From positions 55,793-119,792 of the forward strand of contig BCKQ01000024.1 of NCBI GenBank assembly GCA_001600695.1: 64,000 nucleotides of DNA, given 5' to 3'. Source of the DNA: Ascoidea asiatica JCM 7603 (Eukaryota > Fungi > Ascomycota). The translations under genes and the position numbers were made by a program. Shown one piece after another: positions 12,383 through 22,826 of the stretch. The notes under the pieces are model-generated. The model saw only the letters and a program-made list of their open reading frames with translations. It searched no databases and had not been told where the DNA came from. How positions within the stretch are numbered: position 1 is the first letter of the stretch; each line of letters starts with the position of its first letter.

Positions 12383-12424
12383 CATTCCTCGCATTCCTCG
12401 CATTCTTCGCATTCTTCGCATTCT
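12383..12424 (+). promoter_or_regulatory. Five tandem CATTCY (TEA/Tec1-type) sites at 9-bp period, upstream of BIK1
   Basis: CATTCC at 12383 and 12392; CATTCT at 12401, 12410 and 12419. Confidence 0.5.
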
Positions 12425-12917
12425 TTTCCCTCAAAACTCATTCTTTAATACTGACAGACCCACAGAGATGGTTCCTTTGTAGCTACCGTGTCTGAACGCA
12501 GAATCAATATTAGTTGCATTTAGTCACGTAGAAGCCAACGCACTTTCACACGCACTTTTGACAACCCAATAGCCTACTGTAACAACGGATTTTGTTTCCG
12601 TTTTTGTTTTCCGCATTTTTTATTTTTTTTCTCAAAGATGTTCTAAATTATGGATTTTTAGGCTAAATACATAAACTTATTTTCAAAATGCCAGTCTGAT
12701 CGTACCTGCATAATTTGGAAATCAGTATAAGAGATCTCGTGAAAGACAGAAGCTTACTACCAGCATCCTTTTGAGAGTCTGCTTAAGAAGTTTTAGATTG
12801 AGTTAAAAAAAAAAAAAAAAAAATTTAATAAAAATCATTTAAATAAAATTTTATAGTATATACACAGTTTATACACAGCCGTTAATAATTTTAACTTATC
12901 TAATATCAAATAGATTC

Positions 12918-15692
12918 CTAAAGATCATCGCTAATCATTGGCCCAACTTTTACTTCAAGGCTTCTAGATTCTACTTTTGTTTTTTTATTTTCTTTCACTT
13001 TTATGGTAAGTTTTTCCTCAACACTTTCTTTTTTAAGTCCTAACCTTTTTTTAATAATTGTTTTTAACAATCCAACCCCTGAAACAATTTTGCTAAATAT
13101 AATATCTGCACAAAGTCCTTTATTTAAACTTCTAATTATTTTATTAGAAACGTCAATTCGGAAGTCTTCAATGTTTCTTTCTCCATTATTTTCATATGTA
13201 GATTGAATAAACACATCAGAAAAATAAATTTTATGAATTAGATTTTCTAAATATTCTTTTTGTCTTGGACTTGCTTCTCTTGATCTCCATTCACTTCTTT
13301 TTTCAATTAAAGATGGTGAAACTTTCAAATCTCTATTAACGTAAGATTCAACATCTCTTAAAATTTTGGATAAATTATTATTTTTATCAATCAAATTTTT
13401 TTTAGCATATGCATATTTATATCTCCTACTATTCTGATAATATAAATATGTTTCAAAATATCCATTTTTTTTGGTATTTTGATTTCCATCATTTTCTTCA
13501 GTGATTTTATGAATACTTTTATTATTTTGCCCCTTTTCATTTGTATTTCTATTTCCATTTCCATTTTCATTTATATGTAAAGCTTCAACCATTAACTTAT
13601 TATATATATTAATCTCTTCATTTTTATCATTCGTGGAATCAAATGTTCGAGTTATTTTAATGTATCCACATCCTTTTAAATCTAATGCCCAAGCATTTTT
13701 TGCAGTTTTAATCCAATTTAATCTCTGTCTTAAAAATTTTATTTCATCCCTAACATCTTCACCTTTTTTATTTCCATTATATAATCCGTCTATATTCTCA
13801 ATATTAACAATATAATCACCTAAACTTGAATATGTTTTAAATACAACTTGATCTAGTTCTCTGTTTTTCTTTCTATCCCGAATTTTATTCTCATTATCAT
13901 TCTCATCAGACCAATTTGCATTTCTTAATCTTTCAATTCTTTCTTTTTCTAGTCTTTCATTTTCAAGTTTTTCAAATTCTAGTCTTTCTTTTTCAAGTCT
14001 CTCTTTTTCAAGTCTTTCTTTTTCTTCTTGTATACTTTTGTCTTTCATTTCTACTAGTGATTGTGATTTTATATTATCTAAATTCTCTTTATCTTCGAAA
14101 TCATTTCTTTTATCAAATAAAGGATCTTCAATACCAACTAAAGTAGGAAGTGTAACTAGATCAAGTTTTCTATTTGCAGGTATAAAATTTATTATATTAC
14201 AATATTTTTTACCAGGATGTAATCTTAAACCTCTACCAACCATTTGTGCTAATAATATACTTGATTTTGTTGGTCTAATTAATAAAATACAATCAATTTG
14301 AGGAATATCTGTACCTTCAGTAAAAATATTACAATTCATTAAAACTTCAAGATCGCCATTTTTAAAACTATTTATAATTTCTTCTCTTTTTTTTTTATTT
14401 GTTTTACCAGTAACATAATCTGATTTTATATTATTTTTTTGAAATAATAAATTCAATGTCATTATATGATTAATATCAACACCAAATAAAATTGTTGATT
14501 TATAATTTTCTTGTTTTCTATAATTTAAATAAGTTTTTAAAACTAAATTATTAACTTCAGGTTTATTAACTTCAACTGATAATGCTTTTATAATATAATC
14601 ATCAGAATAAGTTTTTACATTATCTAAATTTATTTCATTAGTTGAAATTGTTTTAAATTTTGCATCAGATAACCATTTATCTTTAATCATATCATATAAA
14701 CCTCTATGATAAACAATATAATCCATAACTGAAGATAAAGATTTTCCATCATTTCTTGAAAATGTAGCAGAAAAACCAACTATTGAAACTTTTGTATTTT
14801 TATCAACTGCATTAAAATAATTTATTATAGTTCTATAAGATTTTGCAGCAGCATGATGAGCTTCATCAATAATTATTAATTTAAATAAATTTGGATCATA
14901 ATCAAAAAGCCTTTGATTAACTGAAAGTAAAGATTGTATAGAAGTTATAATTATATCATAATGATTAATATCTGGAGTGAATTTTCTTGATTTACTATCA
15001 CTTGACAAATTCATATCAATAAAAATTTTATAACCTAAAGGAGCTAAAATTCTTGAAGTTGTATTAAAAGCTTGTTGAGCTAATTCTCTTCTATGTACTA
15101 AAATTAATGTTTTCATTCTTTTTGGTTCTTCATTGGCATTTACATTTACATTAGCATTTTCATTAATATTTTTGATTTCAATTTCATTATCATTATTGTT
15201 ATTGTTATTGATTGGAGTTAATGGATTATAATGTTTAATTAAATTTGTAAAAATTACAGTTTTACCACCACCCGTAGCTAAACTTACAGCAATTCTTTTT
15301 TTACCTGAATTTAAAGCATTTAAGCAAATATCTAAACACTCTTGTTGATAATCTCTAAGTTTAAAATTAGAATGACTTAAATCACTTGATTCATTTTGAA
15401 CTATTGATAATCTATCACTAAAATCTATATCTTTTTCATTCAAATTAAGATTTACATCTTTATTAACTTGATCAAGATTCACTATAGGCTCATTTACTAT
15501 AGATTCATTGTTATTTGAAGTATCTATAGACTTAACATAATTTGAATGATTTGTAAAAGATAAATATCTTAAAATATTATAATTATTATTAATTTGAATT
15601 AGATGATTGAGATAGTTTATATTTGAAGAAATAGGAAAAGTTAATAATGATTTTTTTTTAACTTGAGTAAGGTTATTTAAAAGCCTTAACAT
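12918..15692 (-). CDS. IRC3: Mitochondrial SF2 DExH DNA helicase Irc3
   Basis: Presequence-like N-terminus; LRDYQQEC, ATGGGKT, LVHRRELAQQ, IIDEAHH, GFSAT, FTEGTDIP, QMVGRGLR. Confidence 0.92.
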   Translation of the reverse strand: MLRLLNNLTQVKKKSLLTFPISSNINYLNHLIQINNNYNILRYLSFTNHSNYVKSIDTSNNNESIVNEPIVNLDQVNKDVNLNLNEKDIDFSDRLSIVQNESSDLSHSNFKLRDYQQECLDICLNALNSGKKRIAVSLATGGGKTVIFTNLIKHYNPLTPINNNNNNDNEIEIKNINENANVNVNANEEPKRMKTLILVHRRELAQQAFNTTSRILAPLGYKIFIDMNLSSDSKSRKFTPDINHYDIIITSIQSLLSVNQRLFDYDPNLFKLIIIDEAHHAAAKSYRTIINYFNAVDKNTKVSIVGFSATFSRNDGKSLSSVMDYIVYHRGLYDMIKDKWLSDAKFKTISTNEINLDNVKTYSDDYIIKALSVEVNKPEVNNLVLKTYLNYRKQENYKSTILFGVDINHIMTLNLLFQKNNIKSDYVTGKTNKKKREEIINSFKNGDLEVLMNCNIFTEGTDIPQIDCILLIRPTKSSILLAQMVGRGLRLHPGKKYCNIINFIPANRKLDLVTLPTLVGIEDPLFDKRNDFEDKENLDNIKSQSLVEMKDKSIQEEKERLEKERLEKERLEFEKLENERLEKERIERLRNANWSDENDNENKIRDRKKNRELDQVVFKTYSSLGDYIVNIENIDGLYNGNKKGEDVRDEIKFLRQRLNWIKTAKNAWALDLKGCGYIKITRTFDSTNDKNEEINIYNKLMVEALHINENGNGNRNTNEKGQNNKSIHKITEENDGNQNTKKNGYFETYLYYQNSRRYKYAYAKKNLIDKNNNLSKILRDVESYVNRDLKVSPSLIEKRSEWRSREASPRQKEYLENLIHKIYFSDVFIQSTYENNGERNIEDFRIDVSNKIIRSLNKGLCADIIFSKIVSGVGLLKTIIKKRLGLKKESVEEKLTIKVKENKKTKVESRSLEVKVGPMISDDL

Positions 15693-15949
15693 ATCTTATT
15701 ATCTTTGTTATTTGATCAATCTCAATTTCAATTACAGAATACGAAATTAAACAGCTTTTATCAAAGTTTTCTCCAGTTATATACATAAAATTAAAATTAA
15801 ATAGTAGTTGAATCTTAATTCTAATATTGATTACACTTAATTCATTAACCTTTCCATTTTTTACATAGCACAATAGATCAAAATAAGTTAGCAGTAGATA
15901 TGAAATCGAATTTGCACGGAAAAGAAAATTCCATTAAAAACGAGCAGTC

Positions 15950-16070
15950 CCACATTAATGGTCTTATCTAAGAGGAAACCCATAATTATGGTCTCAAAGT
16001 AAGCATCCGTAATATTGGTCTCACATAAAAAGACCCAGACTTATGGTCTCTAAATTAGCCACATAACCGG
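15950..16070. repeat. Five CC-N8-GG units, 24-30 bp apart, in the IRC3/PTA1 divergent promoter
   Basis: Units start at 15950, 15980, 16007, 16035 and 16059; the first four end in TGGTCT. Confidence 0.7.
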
Positions 16071-16106
16071 CCTTGTAAATTGTGGCGGTGCATATATTTT
16101 TACCTT

Positions 16107-16115
16107 TCACGTGAC
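16107..16115. promoter_or_regulatory. Cbf1-type E-box TCACGTGAC
   Basis: Exact RTCACGTG consensus (minus strand) in the IRC3/PTA1 intergenic region. Confidence 0.55.
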
Positions 16116-16589
16116 TCTTTTTGTAACAACACCGCGAACAAATTGTTATTTTAAGATGAAAACACACAAAATACAGTAAAGTAATAATATTAAAAGAGAA
16201 AAAATAAAGCATTGAGAATTGAAATGAAGTAAATTGAATAAAGCATATTATTATCAAATAAAGGATACAAGGAGGCATATTGTAGATATTGAACAATTAT
16301 TGAAATTCTGCCAGAAAGGAAATAACAGCAGTAGAATTATTGGCACCAATAGTGTTAAACTTTATTGATTCATTAACATAGTCGTTTATCTCACTGATAT
16401 CTCTGGGTTTATTTACTCAAATTACTCAAACTATTTTCACTTTATTTTCATTCGAGTTTATTATTTTTCAAGCTTTAGTTAAATTTAATTATACTTCACT
16501 AATTCAAGAACGAGATCAAAGAAAGATACCTTGTTGTTTTTAAGATATTATCAAATTCAATACCTTCTATATAAACTTTTTTTTCTAAA

Positions 16590-19451
16590 ATGTCCTCCAA
16601 TCAGAATGAGGCTGTAGTAGAAGATCCATTAATTTCTCTTGAAAAGGCTAAAGAATTAGCCTTTAATAATCCATCGGTTTTACCTGAGATTATAAAAACA
16701 ATTTGTACTTTATTATCAACAACAAATGATCAAAAAATTAAATTTTGGTCTGTTGATTTTATTAATTTAATTATATCTGATAATGATAATAAATTAAATT
16801 TATCTTTTGAATTAAAAAAAAGTTTTTCAATTATAATTTTAGATTCTTTAGTTACTTTAATTCCATTCATAAATGATTTTAATAATTTTTATTTAAATTT
16901 AGATATCAATAATGATAATGATAAGGAAATCGATAATAATATTAAGAATAATGATATTGGTAATCAAATTATTTGTATTCAACATTTAGTTAAAATTATA
17001 ACTAATATTTATGAAATTATATTATTTTATTTAATTAATGATACCCCAAATAAATCAATTTATTCAAATTTATCAGATTTTAAATCTTCAATATTAAATT
17101 TGAAAGATAATTCAAATTCAAATTTTCCATTATCAATAAAAGTTTACTTATTTAAATTTATTTATAAAATTATAAAATCTCAATCAAATGCTCCACCAAA
17201 AGATCCAAGAAAAAGGAAAATTGTAAATAATAATAATATAGATATTTCAACAACTTTAATATCTAAAAATCATTTATTTTTAAAAATTGATCTTTTACAT
17301 GCTGAATCTCAAGGTTATTTAGATTTTTTATTAAATTTAATTAATGATAATCAAACTTTATTATCAAATTCAATTTTTAATTCAATTATTTATATTTTAT
17401 TAAAATTAATTAAAGAAAGGCCTTCTTTAATTAATAAAATTTTAAATAATTTAGTTCTATTTGATACAAATAAAAAATTACCAAGTCCAATTTTATTAAA
17501 TCAAATTTTAATTTCAATCAATAAAAATGATATCAATCCATTAAATTCTTTACCTTTTATAAAATTTAAATTAGAAAAAAGATTTTCAAATAGAATTTTT
17601 AAAAATTTTATTTCAAATTTATTTAAATCTAAAATTTTACCAGATCCTCAAATTGCTTTAAAATTAATTAATGGTAAAAATAATATGATTAATAATAATG
17701 ATAATTTAGCTTTAAGTAATTTGAATTTAAATGATTCTGAAATTTTAAATAATTTATCCGTAAAATTCAATAAAATTTTTTTAAATTTGAATACAAAATT
17801 CGATGAACAAAAAAAGAAAAAATTTACTCAATTAACTCAAGAAGATAAAGATTTTATTAGTTTTATCAAATCCGAATTCAAAAATTCAATAATTGATAAT
17901 GGTAATATGAATACTATAAATAATAATAATTCTATAATTAATAATGATAATAATAATATACTCAATGAAAAAAATAATATAAATTTAAACTTATCTCATG
18001 ATCAAATATATAATGATTTTAATAAAGTAAATAAAAAAAGAAAATTTAATAATGATTTAAATAATCAACTTTCAAAATATTATTCTTCACAAGTTTCAGT
18101 TGATTTACCAAATAATGAAAATTCTTTAAAATCTTTATTTAATTTATTACCACCAAATGATGAATTAAATAAAATTGATGTTTCATTATTAAATCAAAAT
18201 AATAATGATTTATTAATTAATTTAATTTTAGTTTCTCTTGGTAAAGTTAGTAATGAAAAATTAACAACAGGTTTAAATGTTATATCAGAAAGATATAAAT
18301 CTGTTCATGAAAATAATGCTAATCATGATTTTAAAAGAATTAATTTAAGTAATAATAATAATAACCCACTTCAAAGTGGGAATGTTAATAATATTATGAA
18401 TAAAAATTTGAATGTGAATAACAATTTGAATAATAATAATATTTCTAATACCAGTAATAACAATAATAACAATAACAATAATAATAAAAATGATAATAAT
18501 GATAATAATATAAAAAGTAATGATCCAAGGCAACAAAAGCTGATGAATAGATTTCCAAGTTATAATGAAGGTGAATTTGGTAATAATTATATGTCAGAAA
18601 TTCCGTATGTATTACCTTTACCAAAGATTTTTACTTTTGAAGAAAAAAAAAATCAAATAAATTTAATTATTGAAAATTTCCTCAAGTTAGCTAGTATAGA
18701 TCAATCAAAAATTACATCAATGATTTCTAATTTAAATTCAAATTCTAATTTAAATTCAAATTCAGAAATATTAGATATTAAATCAAATAATACACAAATT
18801 AAAATTCAAAAAGTAGCAATTCCTGAATGGAAAAAAAATTCATGGTTATTATTATTAACTAGATTAGCAACTAGAGGAATTAATTCAAAATTCAATGAAG
18901 ATAATGAAACTAATATTAATAATGAAGATATTAATGAAGAAAATGAAGAATTAAGTGATCTTATACGTGAATCATTATTTAATTATTTTCTTGAAGATAT
19001 TCATGATAGAATGGATATTGTTATTGAATGGTTAAATGAAGAATGGTATGCAGAATATGTTAAAAATGAGAATAAATTAATAAAAGAAAAACCGGAATTA
19101 AAAAATGAGAATTTAATTGAAATTGTTAAAACACCAAATTATTTAAAATGGACATTAAAAATTTTAGAATCAATTATAACATTTTTAGAATTAAAAGATC
19201 GTAAAATATTTATTAGATTATTTTCAGATTTATCATTTTTAAATAAAGAAGTTATAATGAAATTAAAACCATTATGTTTAGATCCATTAAGATTTATTTT
19301 AGGTATTCAAACAATTCAATATCTTTGTATATTTCGACCACCAGTTAAAAAATATTGTTTAGAACTTTTAAAAGAATTAAATGAAGATGAAAATAGTAGT
19401 GAAGGATTAAAAAAAGAATGTGAAAAACTTTTACAAAAACTTGATAAATAA
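16590..19451 (+). CDS. PTA1: CPF scaffold subunit Pta1 (symplekin N-terminal-like)
   Basis: DPRKRK..DIS..NH..AESQGYLDFLL; C-terminal WLLLLTRLATRG, IEWLNEEWY, LCLDPLR, FRPP; lies next to BOL1 as in S. cerevisiae. Confidence 0.9.
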   Translation: MSSNQNEAVVEDPLISLEKAKELAFNNPSVLPEIIKTICTLLSTTNDQKIKFWSVDFINLIISDNDNKLNLSFELKKSFSIIILDSLVTLIPFINDFNNFYLNLDINNDNDKEIDNNIKNNDIGNQIICIQHLVKIITNIYEIILFYLINDTPNKSIYSNLSDFKSSILNLKDNSNSNFPLSIKVYLFKFIYKIIKSQSNAPPKDPRKRKIVNNNNIDISTTLISKNHLFLKIDLLHAESQGYLDFLLNLINDNQTLLSNSIFNSIIYILLKLIKERPSLINKILNNLVLFDTNKKLPSPILLNQILISINKNDINPLNSLPFIKFKLEKRFSNRIFKNFISNLFKSKILPDPQIALKLINGKNNMINNNDNLALSNLNLNDSEILNNLSVKFNKIFLNLNTKFDEQKKKKFTQLTQEDKDFISFIKSEFKNSIIDNGNMNTINNNNSIINNDNNNILNEKNNINLNLSHDQIYNDFNKVNKKRKFNNDLNNQLSKYYSSQVSVDLPNNENSLKSLFNLLPPNDELNKIDVSLLNQNNNDLLINLILVSLGKVSNEKLTTGLNVISERYKSVHENNANHDFKRINLSNNNNNPLQSGNVNNIMNKNLNVNNNLNNNNISNTSNNNNNNNNNNKNDNNDNNIKSNDPRQQKLMNRFPSYNEGEFGNNYMSEIPYVLPLPKIFTFEEKKNQINLIIENFLKLASIDQSKITSMISNLNSNSNLNSNSEILDIKSNNTQIKIQKVAIPEWKKNSWLLLLTRLATRGINSKFNEDNETNINNEDINEENEELSDLIRESLFNYFLEDIHDRMDIVIEWLNEEWYAEYVKNENKLIKEKPELKNENLIEIVKTPNYLKWTLKILESIITFLELKDRKIFIRLFSDLSFLNKEVIMKLKPLCLDPLRFILGIQTIQYLCIFRPPVKKYCLELLKELNEDENSSEGLKKECEKLLQKLDK

Positions 19452-20693
19452 AATAAAATAAAATAAAATAAAATAAAATAAATTAAATTAAAAGTATTAC
19501 TAAAAAAAAAGCAAAAATTGAGAAAATTTTCCCAAAATGAATGAATCGTATGTTAATAACAAAAAGCAATCAAAAAACTTAAGGAACTTGAAGTAATTGA
19601 AGTAATTAAAGTAATTGAGGTAATTAAAGTTAAAAAATAGAATACAAGTTTCAAACAACAATGAAGACAATTTTTGATAAAATAAGATATCAAATTTGAA
19701 TTAAATTAAATTGTAAAAGAATTTAAAGAGAATAAATGTAACATTACAGTAATGATACCGAAATATATTTAAGTTAATGGGTAATAATGTTGTTTCAAGC
19801 ACGATTAAAATATGAAGAAATTAAAATATTCTATTCACCTTTAAGAGATTGATCTAGAATAACAAACAAACAATCAAACAAACAAACAAGATAAAAGAAT
19901 AAAATCCTTTGAGGCTTCAATGGTCTTTAGTATCTTGATTACATTTATTATTGAAATATACTAGTTTTATTGAAGTTATTGAATTTATTGATTTTATTGG
20001 CGTTGAATTGGTCAAATTCAGATATCAAAAGAAAAACTGAAATATCACATGACCTATACTTCCGTGGCATATATGCACCGGTGGAAACGCATCCGTGGTG
20101 CAGCGGTGGAAACCTGAATAAAGCTGTAGAGGCCTGTGGCGGGCTGTAGATAGTTGTGGCTGGCAGTGGCTCTGTGGCGGTGTGTGTGTGGCAGTGGAGG
20201 GCTGTGTCCCTGTGAAAGGGGAACCGCGGCACGAGAGGGTGGTGCAGGTCCGCATTCCTCGCAGTTCCTCATTTTCATTGCTCTGCGTCTCATCAAATCT
20301 TCGTCGTCTTCTCGTCTTCTCGTCGTCTTCTCGTCTTCTCTTCTCTTCTCTTCTTCTCTTCTTCAATTCTTTCTTATAAAATCTTCAGTCCAACTCCAAC
20401 TCCAAGTCCAAATACAAAACCACTAAACTCAAATAAATATCTTTAATTTAACTAATTCTTAACTTCTTATGCGATATTCCTGCTTTTTTGGTATATTTCA
20501 ATTCATTTAACTAATTTAATTCAATTCAATTCTGTTCAGTTCAATAATCAATAATTTCTTTATTTACTATTTAACTGATTAATATTCTTTCCTTCCTTCA
20601 TATTTTGAATCTTTATATCCATCCATATATCCTTATATTTTTTTCAATATATTTATACAACTTATTTATTTTATAAGTTATTTGTGGCGCTTT

Positions 20694-21155
20694 ATGTTTC
20701 AAAATTGTTCTAATTCAATATTAAGAACAAATTTACTCTTTGGTTTTAATTGTAATTCAATTAAATTTACTAGAAATATGTCAGGTATATTAAAATATTC
20801 ATCTTCAACTCCAGGTCCAATTGAAAAAGGTATAGTTACAAAATTATTAAATGAATTTAATCCAACTTCTTTAACAATTCAAAATGATTCTTCAAAACAT
20901 TCTCATCATGCAGGTATAAGAAATGCAAAAAATATTACTGAATCTCATTTTAAAATTGATTTAGTTTCAAATTATTTTAATAATCAAAATTTACCAACAA
21001 GGCATAGAATTGTTTATAAATTATTAGATGATGAATTAAAAAATAAAGGTGTTCATGCTTTAAGTTTAAATATTAAAACTCCAGAAGAAATTGGTATTAA
21101 ATCAAAATTAAATTCAATTCCATCAACTTCAAATTCCGATAATCTTGGAATATGA
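20694..21155 (+). CDS. BOL1: Mitochondrial BolA-family protein
   Basis: First ATG at 20694 (track start is TTG); GPIE..I..KL, NDSSKHSHH, ESHF, RHRIVYKLL.DE, GVHAL..KTP. Confidence 0.92.
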   Translation: MFQNCSNSILRTNLLFGFNCNSIKFTRNMSGILKYSSSTPGPIEKGIVTKLLNEFNPTSLTIQNDSSKHSHHAGIRNAKNITESHFKIDLVSNYFNNQNLPTRHRIVYKLLDDELKNKGVHALSLNIKTPEEIGIKSKLNSIPSTSNSDNLGI

Positions 21156-21551
21156 GATATCTTTCAATAAACTCCTTTTCACTCATCAATTAATAAGTAA
21201 TCTGTTTATTAATTAGAATTTACTTATTTTATATATATCTATATCTATATCTATATCTATATGGTTTTATAATCTTTTTTTTTTTTTGTTTTATTTTCTC
21301 TCTCTCTCTATATAAGTTATACACATATATTTCCATTAGTTCTATTACCTCTGTGTCTGTTTATTATTCTCCCTCCCTGTGAAGATCGAGTCGAGTCCCT
21401 GGAATCAGACAAAGCACAGAATCCAATCCAGTTCCTTTGTTGCAGATCCGAGTTTTCCTCACCGCTTCTTCTGCTCTCCGCCGTGCGGCTCAGACCCATC
21501 CATCTCCGTCGCTGTCCCTTGCTCCTTGGTAACTGCTCCTTCTTTCGGTCG

Positions 21552-21634
21552 CATTCCGCGTGCATTCCTTAAACATTCCTTGTCCATTCCTTGAGCATTC
21601 CTTGAGCATTCCGTGAACATTCCGTGAACATTCC
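21552..21634 (+). promoter_or_regulatory. Eight CATTCC (TEA/Tec1-type) sites at exact 11-bp period, upstream of NAT4
   Basis: CATTCC at 21552, 21563, 21574, 21585, 21596, 21607, 21618 and 21629 with variable 5-nt spacers. Confidence 0.55.
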
Positions 21635-22012
21635 CTGAACTTTCCTTTTTCTCGTTTCCGCCTCCCTTCAAATTTCAGAATCATTCCATCATAAAACATT
21701 CACCCGCCACCAGACACCAGCCACTCATCTTTTTTTTTAAGATTCATTCTAGGAAGCACAAACACAAATTCAGGGCAGAATTTGTCCAATCTGTCCCTAT
21801 TTATTCCAACGCGTATTTTCTTATATTCTATCAATTACTAAAATATAGATTAGATATATTACCTGTTTCTGAATATTTCACTTATAAATGAACTTAACTG
21901 ATGAATAAATTATATTGACTGAAATAATTAGATATTCATATATACAGTATATATATATATATAAATAAATATATATATATCTATTCTATTCTATTCTATC
22001 ATATTTTATCCC

Positions 22013-22090
22013 ATGGACAAATTGATTCAAGATACTAATCAATTAGCCATATTTTGTGATTCAATATTTCCAGATTCAATTTCAATCTCA

Positions 22091-22158
<68 letters not shown>

Positions 22159-22789
22159 AATTTCAATTATTAAAAATATAATAACTTTTGATAAATTAAA
22201 ATTTAATAATTTTCAAAAAAATCAATTTTTAAACTTAATTAATGATAATATTGGTGATTTTTATTTAAAAAATTATGGTATAAATTGGAAATTAAATAAA
22301 TTAAATGAATTTAATGATAATGGTTTAATATTTATTTATTATACAATAAAAAGTAAAAGTAAAACTAAAAGTAAAAATATTGAAAATGAAAATGAAAATT
22401 TAGTTGCTTTTTTATCTTTTAATTTAAATTTTAATAAATTTCAAAATAATTTTTATTTTTACCTTTATGAAATTCAAATTAATAAAATTTATCAAAATTT
22501 AAAATTAGGTACAAAATTATTATCAATTTATCATTCATTATCAATAAAAATTAATAAAAATTTATTAATTAAAAATTTATTAAATTTAAATAAACCAATT
22601 TTAAATTATTATTTATCAGTTTTTTCAAAAAATTTAATACCATTAAATTGGTATATTAATAATTTTAATTATAAAAAATTAAATATTAATGATATAAATA
22701 ATGTTGATTTTGATATTCCAATTGAAAAATTTTTAAGAAATGGTAAAATTATTAATCCAATTATTTATATTCTAGTTAAAAAAGTTTAA
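22013..22789 (+). CDS. NAT4: Histone H4/H2A N-alpha-acetyltransferase NatD (GNAT)
   Basis: FY..NYG..W..NKL.E, VAFLSF, YLYEIQ...YQNLKLGTKLL, LSVFSKN....WY. Confidence 0.8.
22091..22156 (+). repeat. Perfect (AAT)22 coding microsatellite (poly-Asn) in NAT4
   Basis: 66 nt of uninterrupted AAT. Confidence 0.95.
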
Positions 22790-22826
22790 ATTATTTAAAT
22801 TATTTAAATTATTTAAATTCTTATTA

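Noticed and set aside
12640-12823. Sequence ending in A19, like a retroposed or LINE 3' end
   Set aside because: No TSD and no RT-like ORF; more simply a poly(dA:dT) tract just downstream of the IRC3 stop.
15950-16070. CRISPR-like repeat/spacer reading of the CC-N8-GG array, and likewise of 21552-21634
   Set aside because: Eukaryotic context, repeats and spacers are far too short and degenerate, and there are no cas genes.
22480-22520. Gly-to-Lys change in the GNAT acetyl-CoA motif of NAT4 (and RRCKIA in ECO1) as a sign of inactivation
   Set aside because: Basic residues occur at this position in active family members (e.g. vertebrate ESCO1/2 as I recall); the other motifs are intact.
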